Positions 1 through 8,353 of a stretch of 64,000 bases of DNA are shown here, piece after piece. Each line of letters opens with the position of its first letter. Position 1 is the stretch's first letter. This stretch comes from Balneolales bacterium (GTDB lineage: Bacteria > Bacteroidota > Rhodothermia > Balneolales > DATFMH01): positions 5,798-69,797 of the forward strand of contig DATFMH010000147.1 in the NCBI GenBank assembly GCA_035267045.1, in the 5' to 3' direction. The position numbers and the translations under genes were made by a program. The notes beneath the pieces were generated by a model. It made no database searches. It was given only the letters and a program-made list of their open reading frames with translations, and had not been told where the DNA came from.

Positions 1-244
1 ATACTCATCCCGAAAGCTTTCGAGACTGTGGTTTTAAAATTCCTCTGGTCTTGATCTTGTTAAAAAATCCTGGCTTTGCAAAGCCTTCTATAAATGAATA
101 TAACTGTGAACCAATTTTTTTTAAAAAGATGTTTAATAACTTCTGACAGCACACTACATTATCGGGTAAATGTCCTTAATAATGAAAGAATAACTTTTAT
201 ATTATGGTGAAGTTGATAATATAAATTTATAAATCATATATATT

Positions 245-1003
245 TTGATAGATACACATTGTCACATATTTCTCGACGATTTTAAAGATGATTTGAATGA
301 AGTCTTGGACAGGGCAGCGGAAGCTGGTGTAAATAGAATCCTCATGCCGGCCATTAATTTCGGATCGCTCGATCAAATGATATCTGTTAATCATCCTAAA
401 ATTTCATTTTACAAAATGGCCGGGATACATCCATCCGAGGTAAAATCAAAGGACCCCGGACTTGAGCAAAAACTCTTTAGCCATATAAAAAATCCTGAAA
501 TTATAGCCGTAGGGGAAACCGGTCTCGATTATTATTGGACCAAAAAATACATAGAGGAACAAAAATTTAATCTGCATACGCATTGTAAAGCAGCTAAAGA
601 ATTTCAGAAACCTATTGTATTGCATAACAGGGATAGTACGAATGATATCCTGTCTATTATCGAAGAAGAACAGGATGGTAATTTAACCGGTGTGTGGCAT
701 TGCTTTACTGGTACTGTTGAGGAAGGCAAAAAGGCCATAGATCTTGGGTTATACCTTGGGATAGGGGGAATAACCACCTTCAAAAATGCCGGTGTCGATA
801 AAACCGTGGCTCAGCTTCCCATCAGCAAAATGGTTCTCGAGACGGATGCTCCATACCTGGCACCAACACCCAAAAGAGGTAAACGAAATGAGCCGGCTTT
901 TATCAAATACACGGCTCAAAAATTAGCTGATATCATGGAAATTTCGTTGAAAGATGTGATTGATATAACGACTCATAATGCTATCGATTTATTTAAAATT
1001 TAA
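245..1003 (+). CDS. tatD: TatD-family metal-dependent hydrolase/DNase
   Basis: 252-aa ORF with a TTG start in the track. It has the N-terminal IDTHCH metal-binding motif plus GETGLDYYW, VLHNRD and ETDAPYLAP blocks typical of TatD/YcfH amidohydrolase-fold proteins. Confidence 0.85.
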   Translation: MIDTHCHIFLDDFKDDLNEVLDRAAEAGVNRILMPAINFGSLDQMISVNHPKISFYKMAGIHPSEVKSKDPGLEQKLFSHIKNPEIIAVGETGLDYYWTKKYIEEQKFNLHTHCKAAKEFQKPIVLHNRDSTNDILSIIEEEQDGNLTGVWHCFTGTVEEGKKAIDLGLYLGIGGITTFKNAGVDKTVAQLPISKMVLETDAPYLAPTPKRGKRNEPAFIKYTAQKLADIMEISLKDVIDITTHNAIDLFKI

Positions 1004-1082
1004 TTAACCTCAGAGAGGGTACACAGAGAATTTACACAGGTTTCACATAGGAATATTTCAAATAAGAAATATAAGTTTATTT

Positions 1083-1117
1083 CTCCATGCTCCATGCTCC
1101 ATGCTCCATGCTCCATG
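1083..1117. repeat. Perfect heptanucleotide tandem repeat (CTCCATG)x5
   Basis: Five head-to-tail CTCCATG copies are read directly. They lie in the tatD/pdxB convergent spacer and end 2 nt before the pdxB stop codon (1120-1122, minus strand). Confidence 0.9.
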
Positions 1118-1119
1118 CG

Positions 1120-2250
1120 CTACGCTCTACTCTTGATACCCAACTTCTCCAATACAGGATATTTTTTAAGCACAGTTACAGGTAAATATATTTGGGGGTA
1201 TTCCATACGGTAGGGATGGCCGGTTCGCAAATCACGGAACGCCTGTCCACGTTTATTTTCCGGTAACTGACAAATTTCCCTCAGCTTGTGATCGTAATCC
1301 CTAATGGGATGTATAGAAGTCAGGATATTGGAAAGGGAAGAGGCGTTTTTTAAATCAGGAGTGATAAGATTTTCGTGATTTATATCTGAATTGGATACCG
1401 TTAAACCAAAATGATCTAACATGGCGTTGCAAATCATTCGTGTAGCGTTTTGTTTGGCCTGATACGAATAACCGGCGATATGAGGTGTGGCAATAAATGC
1501 ATTTTCAGCTATTTCAACTGAAAATGAAGGTTCGTTTTCCCAGACATCAAATATATAATCTCCAATATTGCCTATTCTTAATTGGCCAGTAATAACATAT
1601 TCATCCACTACCCCACCTCTCGAAGCATTGATGACAAGCTTATATTCCCTGTTGTTTAATTTTGCCTCATTCAGCCAATGATAGGTCGCGAATTGACCTG
1701 CTGTTTCCAATGGTACATGAAATGTCAATATATCTGAGTCCATAACACCCGGTAATGATGCTGATGTAAAAGCGGGGTCCCGTAATTCTCGCGGGGGGTC
1801 ATATAGAACAGTATTGAGTCCGGTTTTTGTAAGTAATTCATTGACAACACTTCCAACATGTCCAACACCAATTACACCTACCGTATATTTTGTTATATCT
1901 TTAGATCTTGATTCGCCCCAGAGAATAATTGCGGTTGCGATGTATTCCGCCACAGCCCGGGCATTACATCCGGCAGCAGAGGAAAAGGTGATGTTATTCG
2001 ATTGTAAATAAGGAATATCAACATGATCGGTACCCGAAGAAGCCGTTCCGATGAATGTTAAATTATCCGGAATCCCGGCGAATGTATGTTTATTTATCCT
2101 AGTAACGGTTCGGATAAGCATTGCAGAATACGGGGAAAAATCATCCGGTAATGCATTATTGGGATCAAATAATGTATAATTGACGGTTTCGGGCAGGAAT
2201 TTTTCTAACTGGAAGATGTTTTTATCAGCTAATATATGTATCACTATCAA
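1120..2250 (-). CDS. pdxB: Erythronate-4-phosphate dehydrogenase (D-2-hydroxyacid dehydrogenase family with PdxB-type C-terminal domain)
   Basis: 376 aa. Blocks GTASSGTDHVD, VGVIGVGHVG (NAD Rossmann), ILTFHVPL, NASRGGVVD and PHIAGYS line up with my recollection of E. coli PdxB. The extra roughly 90-aa C-terminal dimerisation region is also present. Confidence 0.8.
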   Translation of the reverse strand: MIVIHILADKNIFQLEKFLPETVNYTLFDPNNALPDDFSPYSAMLIRTVTRINKHTFAGIPDNLTFIGTASSGTDHVDIPYLQSNNITFSSAAGCNARAVAEYIATAIILWGESRSKDITKYTVGVIGVGHVGSVVNELLTKTGLNTVLYDPPRELRDPAFTSASLPGVMDSDILTFHVPLETAGQFATYHWLNEAKLNNREYKLVINASRGGVVDEYVITGQLRIGNIGDYIFDVWENEPSFSVEIAENAFIATPHIAGYSYQAKQNATRMICNAMLDHFGLTVSNSDINHENLITPDLKNASSLSNILTSIHPIRDYDHKLREICQLPENKRGQAFRDLRTGHPYRMEYPQIYLPVTVLKKYPVLEKLGIKSRA

Positions 2251-2304
2251 TAAATATGGTGATCGATTCTATGTAAAATTATTTAATATTATATCGATAC
2301 TTTT

Positions 2305-2359
2305 CATACACTTATACAATTGATAGAAAATTAATTTATAAAATGCATATAAGTGTATG
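2305..2359. promoter_or_regulatory. 12-bp perfect inverted repeat in the AT-rich pdxB/deoA divergent promoter region
   Basis: CATACACTTATA (2305-2316) and TATAAGTGTATG (2348-2359) are exact reverse complements separated by 31 nt. They sit in a 341-bp very AT-rich spacer between divergent genes. Function is unknown. Confidence 0.3.
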
Positions 2360-2591
2360 TATTAGTACTTTATAAAATTTTTTATTTAAAGATTGATTGA
2401 TTTATATGTTACATAAATTATCAATACGAATTTAATGTTACTATAATGTCAAATAACAGTTTAAATGTTATTTCGTAAACAATAATAGATAAATTGAGTA
2501 ATTTAAAATCAAAATAATAAACAGGATATGTTCGGCAAAAATCACATATTCCGATTTTAATTATTATATCAGGGAGTTAAAAATATTTTAT

Positions 2592-3926
2592 ATGCATGAG
2601 TATAATATGGTCTCTTTGATCAGGAAAAAAAGAGACAGGGAAAAATTAACAAAGGAAGAGATAGAATTTATTATTAAAGCTTATACTGAGGACCGGATAC
2701 CGGACTATCAGATGAGCGCTTTTCTTATGGCTTCATTTCTGAATGGTATTAATGATGAAGAATCGGCAGCACTTACCAGCTCGATGCTCCATTCCGGGAA
2801 AGTATTGGATTTATCCGATATTCCCGGTGTTAAAGTCGATAAACATTCGACGGGAGGGGTTGGAGATAAAGTATCACTCATACTGGCACCTGTTGTTGCC
2901 AGTTGCGGTGTCCCTGTACCGATGATATCGGGCCGTGGCCTTGGTCATACAGGCGGGACTCTGGACAAACTTGAATCCATAACCGGATTTAATGTGAATA
3001 TTGATCTGGCCAGATACTGTGAAATTCTCAAAAAACACAATATGGTAATGGCCGGTCAAACTGAAGAAATCGCACCGGCCGATAAACGAATTTATGCGCT
3101 CCGGGATGTCACCGCTACCGTAGAATGTATTCCACTTATTGCCAGTAGCATAATGAGTAAAAAGCTTGCTGAAGGTATTAATGCTTTGGTATTGGATGTA
3201 AAATATGGGAGTGGTGCTTTTATGAAAACAAAAGAGGATGCCATAGAATTAGCAAAAACACTGGTTGGCATAGGAACGGATTTTGGTAAGGAGACGATTG
3301 CGTATCTCACTAATATGAATGAACCACTGGGGTACAAGATCGGTAACTGGCTGGAAGTCGAGGAAAGCATAGATTGTCTGAAAGGGGACGGGCCGGACGA
3401 TTTAATGACCGTTACTCATCAATTGGCCGGGACCATGATTTATTTAGGTGGAAAAGCGAGAACTATTGAAGATGGAATTATACAAAGTAAAGATAGTATA
3501 ACTTCCGGCCGGGCTTATCAGAAGTTCGTCGATGACGTAAAAGAACAGGGGGGCAATGTTAGTTATGTCCAAAATCCGGAAACGTATCCAAAAGCAAAAT
3601 ATAAATTTGAAATAGAAGCGGAATCAAACGGCTATATTAGTGAAATGAAAGCTTTTGATTTCGGGTTGGCTTCCCTTGAACTGGGAGCAGGCCGTAGATC
3701 GAAAGAAGATGACATAGATCCGACAGCAGGAATAGTTTTGCATAAAAAAGTTGGTGACAACGTTAATAAAAGTGAAACAATCGTTACCTGTTATACGAAC
3801 AACAGGGAAGATGAGGTTAATGTACGCGAAATATTATCTAAAGCAATTAACATAACCGATAAGAAAATTGTATTACCAACTATGATTTCGCATAGAATCG
3901 ATAAAGACGGTATATTGCAATTATAA
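2592..3926 (+). CDS. deoA: Thymidine/pyrimidine-nucleoside phosphorylase
   Basis: 444 aa. Motifs are IKKRDxxxLTxEEI, DYQMSAFLMA, VDKHSTGGVGDK, SGRGLGHTGGTLDKLES and the C-terminal PYNP domain. The start could instead be the ATG at 2607. Confidence 0.9.
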   Translation: MHEYNMVSLIRKKRDREKLTKEEIEFIIKAYTEDRIPDYQMSAFLMASFLNGINDEESAALTSSMLHSGKVLDLSDIPGVKVDKHSTGGVGDKVSLILAPVVASCGVPVPMISGRGLGHTGGTLDKLESITGFNVNIDLARYCEILKKHNMVMAGQTEEIAPADKRIYALRDVTATVECIPLIASSIMSKKLAEGINALVLDVKYGSGAFMKTKEDAIELAKTLVGIGTDFGKETIAYLTNMNEPLGYKIGNWLEVEESIDCLKGDGPDDLMTVTHQLAGTMIYLGGKARTIEDGIIQSKDSITSGRAYQKFVDDVKEQGGNVSYVQNPETYPKAKYKFEIEAESNGYISEMKAFDFGLASLELGAGRRSKEDDIDPTAGIVLHKKVGDNVNKSETIVTCYTNNREDEVNVREILSKAINITDKKIVLPTMISHRIDKDGILQL

Positions 3927-4008
3927 GACCTTAGAGATACAATTAAATCAAAAGCTTGAAAGGTTATTTTTACAAGCAAAACAACACTAAAACGAGTTGG
4001 CATATATT

Positions 4009-4779
4009 ATGTGGAAAAGATTTGTCAGAGCTATTAAATCACTATTCGGCGGTCTGGTAAGTTCAATGGAAGATCCGAAGTTAATTCTCGAGCAGAATAT
4101 CAGGGAATTGAATGATCAGGTTCCGAAAATGAATGAAAATATCGCAACTGTAAAAGCAAATGTGATGATGCTTCAGAAAGAAGTGAAGCGTTTTCAGGAT
4201 GCGATATCTCAATATACGAATAAGATCAAATCAGCTATTAAAGCTAACAGGGATGATATAGCTGAAAGCTATGCCTTGCAGCTTGAGAAGGCTAAAGAAA
4301 ACCTTGCAAGCACATCAGAGCAGCTGGAATTTGCTCAAAAAGCGTATGAGAAAGCACTTCAGGTTAAGAAAGCGTTCATGCGTGAAAAAGACCGCAAGAT
4401 CAGGGAAGCCAGAGAAGCACTCCGTGCAAGTGAGCGGTCGGAATGGCAGGCCAAAATCGCCGATACGCTTGAACAATTTGAGGTTGGCGGAATTGATGCC
4501 ACCCATGATGAAATGATCAACCGGATAAATGAAGAATCGGCTAAAAATGAAGCCAGAATGGAATTGGCTCTCGATAGTATTGACACACAGGAAATGGAAA
4601 TTGAAGTGAGCGCCGAGAAGATGAGAGCTTCCGAACTCGTCAAGCAATTCAAGATGGAGATGGAAGGTTCAGGTGATTCAGAGAAGAAGCCATTATTGGA
4701 TAAAGAGAAGGAAAAAGAGAAAAAACAACAATCCGATGGCTCAGGTAAAACGATAGGTAAAGAAAAATCCAAATCCTGA
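4009..4779 (+). CDS. pspA: PspA/IM30 (Vipp1/ESCRT-III-like) membrane-stress protein
   Basis: The ORF track gives 3997-4779. I prefer ATG 4009, because MWKRFVRAIKSLFGGLVSSMEDPKLILEQNIRELNDQ reproduces the PspA N-terminal amphipathic helix followed by the EDP..L..Q.IRE block. The rest is long coiled coil with a K/E-rich tail. Confidence 0.85.
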   Translation: MWKRFVRAIKSLFGGLVSSMEDPKLILEQNIRELNDQVPKMNENIATVKANVMMLQKEVKRFQDAISQYTNKIKSAIKANRDDIAESYALQLEKAKENLASTSEQLEFAQKAYEKALQVKKAFMREKDRKIREAREALRASERSEWQAKIADTLEQFEVGGIDATHDEMINRINEESAKNEARMELALDSIDTQEMEIEVSAEKMRASELVKQFKMEMEGSGDSEKKPLLDKEKEKEKKQQSDGSGKTIGKEKSKS

Positions 4780-5297
4780 TGGTAATGGATCAAAAAGAGT
4801 ACGAGCAAATAAAAGAAGAGTATAAGACTCATTATCGCAAAGTAAAAGAATTGCGGAAAAGGCTGACAGAATTAAAACGTTCTGAACGGGTGAGTTCCGC
4901 AATGGAACAAATGAATACCGATGATTTGCTGAACTCTTTTGATAATGTATTGCAGAGTTTTAAAGAAAAAGTTGCTATTGCCGAAGCCAGGCTTTCAGTT
5001 GCTCTCGACAATATTCTTCCCGATAATAAAACAGAACAGCAACCTGTAAAAGAGAGTACCGAGGAAGAAAAAGAAGAAGTTGTCAGAAAACAGAAGGCGC
5101 GCGAAACATTGAACATGCTAAAGAACGAGATGGGCATGTTGCACATGGAGATAGAAGAGAAAGCCAGGGAGTTGAACGCAACCAAAACAATCGGATCAGA
5201 TGAGAGAGACCAATCAGCAGAATTTGATCGGGAATCGACTTCTGTAAAAAGGGGAAAAACGATAGGCAGGGATAAAAAGGATAAGGAGCATAAGTGA
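4779..5297 (+). CDS. Coiled-coil protein, PspA-associated (resembles the C-terminal helices of PspA)
   Basis: 172 aa and heptad-rich. Its start overlaps the pspA stop by 1 nt (TGATG). The segment SSAMEQMNTDDLLNSFDNVLQSFKEKVAIAEARL resembles the SSAM..FERMEEKV..EARAEA region of PspA. No catalytic motif is present. Confidence 0.6.
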   Translation: MVMDQKEYEQIKEEYKTHYRKVKELRKRLTELKRSERVSSAMEQMNTDDLLNSFDNVLQSFKEKVAIAEARLSVALDNILPDNKTEQQPVKESTEEEKEEVVRKQKARETLNMLKNEMGMLHMEIEEKARELNATKTIGSDERDQSAEFDRESTSVKRGKTIGRDKKDKEHK

Positions 5298-6166
5298 TGC
5301 CCGACGATCAAAATGTAAATTATACGCGTGAAGCATTTTTGAACCCGATAAATCTCGGAGCGTTGTTGGTATGCACAATAACGGCATTTATTGTTAATGA
5401 CGGTGGCTATTTGGCAGATGTAGTACTTAGCCTGTCATTTGGTATGGAATTGTTATACCTGGGAATCGTTCCTAATATGCCAAATTTTCGCAGATCGATT
5501 AAGATAAAGAAACTTAAGGAACGTGATAAATCTCTGGAAGATAAAACATTGTTTAAGGATCTCGAACCAAAGAATCAGAAGAGGTTTCTTATCCTGAAAC
5601 ATCTCAGCAGGTTGATCAAACAGAATTTCGATAAGATGCCCTATACTTCTCAGGGAATGCTGGAAAGTGTGCATAAAAAAATAGAAGGCCTGTTATCGAA
5701 TTATTTGAATTTGCTTGATTTGAATAAAAAATACGGGGACCTTGTTCATTCGGATACGGAAAAGCAATTAAATATCAAGATTGAACGTGCAAAAGAAGAT
5801 ATTAAAACAGCAGATTCGGAGAGATTAAGAAGCATAAAATCGCGCAGACTGAAAATTTTAAGTAAACGCCTTGAAAAATTTAAATCTGCTCAGGAAAAAT
5901 ACGTAATATGTGAATCTCAATTGGAAACTATTGAGGACGCTGTTCGGTATATTTATGAACAGTCAATGACTATGAACGACCCGGAAGAATTAGGTTATCA
6001 ATTGGATAATCTCCTGGCAGAAGTTGAAGAAACATCAAATATTATTCAGGATATTGAAAGTGATGTCCTTCCGCATTATAATCTTTTGGATCACGAAGAA
6101 GATTTGCATGAAAAGGAGGATACTGATACTTCCGAGGTCAGTACCAAAAAAAGAGTTAAAGAATAA
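5297..6166 (+). CDS. Membrane-anchored (2 predicted TM) coiled-coil protein, PspA-cluster partner
   Basis: The track gives GTG 5294. ATG 5297 gives a second TGATG 1-nt overlap with the upstream stop. The N-terminus has two hydrophobic helices (LGALLVCTITAFIV, VVLSLSFGMELLYLGIV), followed by about 220 aa of charged coiled coil. Confidence 0.6.
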   Translation: MPDDQNVNYTREAFLNPINLGALLVCTITAFIVNDGGYLADVVLSLSFGMELLYLGIVPNMPNFRRSIKIKKLKERDKSLEDKTLFKDLEPKNQKRFLILKHLSRLIKQNFDKMPYTSQGMLESVHKKIEGLLSNYLNLLDLNKKYGDLVHSDTEKQLNIKIERAKEDIKTADSERLRSIKSRRLKILSKRLEKFKSAQEKYVICESQLETIEDAVRYIYEQSMTMNDPEELGYQLDNLLAEVEETSNIIQDIESDVLPHYNLLDHEEDLHEKEDTDTSEVSTKKRVKE

Positions 6167-6172
6167 ATTATT

Positions 6173-6961
6173 ATGAGTTCAAATCGGTTTGAAACCCTAT
6201 TGCTTGATGTCGAAAATAATGTTGCCATTCTAACTATAAACCGACCAAAAAAGCTAAATGCTTTGAATAATCAGGTTCTGGATGAGTTGGATGCCGCTAT
6301 TGATGATATTGCTAAAAGAGATGACGTTCGAGGTGTAATTATTACGGGTTCCGGAGATAGAGCATTTGTAGCCGGAGCTGACATCGCTGAACTGGAGCAA
6401 TTAAATGAAAAAACGGGACGCGAAGCATCTCGAAAAGGACAAGAAATTTTCTCAAAGATTGAAAACCTGGCAAAACCTGTTATAGCTGTTGTTAATGGTT
6501 ATGCTTTAGGTGGCGGTTGTGAGTTGGCTATGGCATGCCACTTGCGTGTAGCAACTCAAAATGCAAAATTCGGACTTCCGGAAGTTGGATTGGGCTTGAT
6601 TCCTGGTTACGGTGGAACACAACGTCTAACCAGACTCATCGGAAAGGGCCGTGCACTTGAAATGATATTAACAGCTAATCATGTGAATGCCGACCTGGCA
6701 CTAGCCATGGGTTTGGTTAATAGACTGGCGGCTGATGGTCAGGGAATGAAGGAAGCAAATGAATTAATATCTGTTATATTAGGTAAAGGCCCTGTGGCAA
6801 TTAAACAAGCAATCCAATCTGTACATGCAGCTTATGGCGACCCTGACAAGGGATTTAAACGTGAAGCTGAATTGTTTGGAGAATTATTTAATACAGAGGA
6901 TTTTAAAGAAGGAACAAGTGCTTTTATGAATAAACGTTCACCAAACTTTACAGGTAAGTAA
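6173..6961 (+). CDS. Enoyl-CoA hydratase/isomerase (crotonase family)
   Basis: 262 aa with crotonase blocks LNRPKKLNAL, FVAGADI, PVIAVVNGYALGGGCELAMACH, FGLPEVGLGLIPGYGGTQRL and EGTSAFMNKR. Confidence 0.9.
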   Translation: MSSNRFETLLLDVENNVAILTINRPKKLNALNNQVLDELDAAIDDIAKRDDVRGVIITGSGDRAFVAGADIAELEQLNEKTGREASRKGQEIFSKIENLAKPVIAVVNGYALGGGCELAMACHLRVATQNAKFGLPEVGLGLIPGYGGTQRLTRLIGKGRALEMILTANHVNADLALAMGLVNRLAADGQGMKEANELISVILGKGPVAIKQAIQSVHAAYGDPDKGFKREAELFGELFNTEDFKEGTSAFMNKRSPNFTGK

Positions 6962-6998
6962 TCATAAATTTGGAACCTCCGTCTAGTAAGGGAGTCAC

Positions 6999-8282
6999 AT
7001 GATGAACGAGTGGCTCCTCATCATATTTACCATTTTATTAAGTGGCTTTTTTTCGGGCTCAGAGATAGCCTTTGTAACGGCTAACCGCCTGAAGCTTGAG
7101 ATAAAAGCGCGTCAGAATACCCGTGGTGCACGCTATTTGAACCATTTTGTGCGTAACCCGGAAAAATTTTTGGCAACTACACTTGTCGGTAATAATATCG
7201 TCAATGTAGTATATGCCACTCTCATGACGTTTTACCTGGTAGGTCCTATCCGTTCAGGTTTTCATGCCGTAATAGGCAGGTTTCCATCAGAATTCAGCAT
7301 TTTGTTGATTCAAACAACAGTGGCATCGCTTATTATCATGCTGCTTGGTGAAATCCTGCCAAAGGCTATTTTTAGAATACACTCCGATTCGCTCATATAT
7401 ATTCTTTCGATCCCTTTGACGCTATGTAACTGGATTTTGAAACCGTTTATTGTGGTATCTAACGGGGCCTCTAAACTTCTGATCAAAATGTTTGGAGCCG
7501 AGTCTGATAGTGTGGAGCAGTTATTCCGTCGTCAGGATATCGAAATGATGCTCAGAGAATTACGGGAAGAAGGAGCCAATACGGATATTGACAAGGAAGA
7601 TACGGAGATACTGAATAACGTCCTCGAGCTTTCGAGCAAGAGGGTTAAGGATTCCATGATCCCAAGGACGGAAATCGTTGCTGTGGAAACGAACACTATT
7701 CTCGACGACGTCCTTAAAACATTTATCTCAAGCGGATTTTCTAAACTTCCGGTTTATAAAGATAGCATCGATGATATTATCGGAGTTGTATTTGCATATG
7801 ACCTGTTTCTGAACCCCAAATCTCTTGATGAGCTTATACGGCCGGTTAAAATGGTGCCATCCTCACAAAAATCAAAAAACCTGTTACAGGAATTTCGGCA
7901 GTCTAAGATTTCGCTTGCTATAGTTATTGATGAATATGGTGGAACAGCCGGTATGGTTACCATCGAAGACCTTCTTGAAGAAGTTGTTGGGGATATACAG
8001 GATGAATATGATACTGATGATAATATAATCAAGAAATTGACGGATGATTCATATGTAATCAGTGGTAACGTTGAATTGGAAGAAATGAATGAGAAATATC
8101 CGAATATTAATATGCCTGATTCGACTTCGGAATATGAAACGATAGCGGGATATATCATTAATGAAATCGGACGCATCCCAAAGGTGAACGAGGAAATAAT
8201 TATTGGTCATCATAAGTTCATAATCAGTAAGGCGACTCCGTCAAAAATTGATACAGTCAAAATGATAATAGTAGATAAATAG
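6999..8282 (+). CDS. CNNM/TlyC-type transporter-associated protein (DUF21 TM domain, CBS pair, CorC_HlyC)
   Basis: 427 aa. The N-terminal 4-TM DUF21 has the FFSGSEIAF motif. The central CBS pair carries MIPRTEIVAV. The C-terminal CorC/HlyC-like domain carries ETIAGYIINEIGRIP. Confidence 0.85.
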   Translation: MMNEWLLIIFTILLSGFFSGSEIAFVTANRLKLEIKARQNTRGARYLNHFVRNPEKFLATTLVGNNIVNVVYATLMTFYLVGPIRSGFHAVIGRFPSEFSILLIQTTVASLIIMLLGEILPKAIFRIHSDSLIYILSIPLTLCNWILKPFIVVSNGASKLLIKMFGAESDSVEQLFRRQDIEMMLRELREEGANTDIDKEDTEILNNVLELSSKRVKDSMIPRTEIVAVETNTILDDVLKTFISSGFSKLPVYKDSIDDIIGVVFAYDLFLNPKSLDELIRPVKMVPSSQKSKNLLQEFRQSKISLAIVIDEYGGTAGMVTIEDLLEEVVGDIQDEYDTDDNIIKKLTDDSYVISGNVELEEMNEKYPNINMPDSTSEYETIAGYIINEIGRIPKVNEEIIIGHHKFIISKATPSKIDTVKMIIVDK

Positions 8283-8353
8283 GAAACTTTTATTCTGCTA
8301 ATAAGTATAAGAGATCATATCTCAGTTTGGGTTAATAGCTAAAATAAAAGAAT

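Noticed and set aside
3990-4012. TTGGCATATATTATGT upstream of pspA was considered as a sigma-54 (-24/-12) promoter, by analogy with the E. coli psp operon.
   Set aside because: The -12 element does not match (ATGT instead of TTGC). The putative promoter would overlap the best-supported pspA start codon (4009). No PspF-like activator is nearby.
4359-5311. Two long antisense ORFs (157 and 159 aa) lie end-to-end opposite pspA and the following coiled-coil gene.
   Set aside because: Their S/L/F-rich translations are what the reverse complement of GAA/AAG/GAG-rich coiled-coil coding sequence produces. No motifs or start context support them. They are frame-shadow artefacts.
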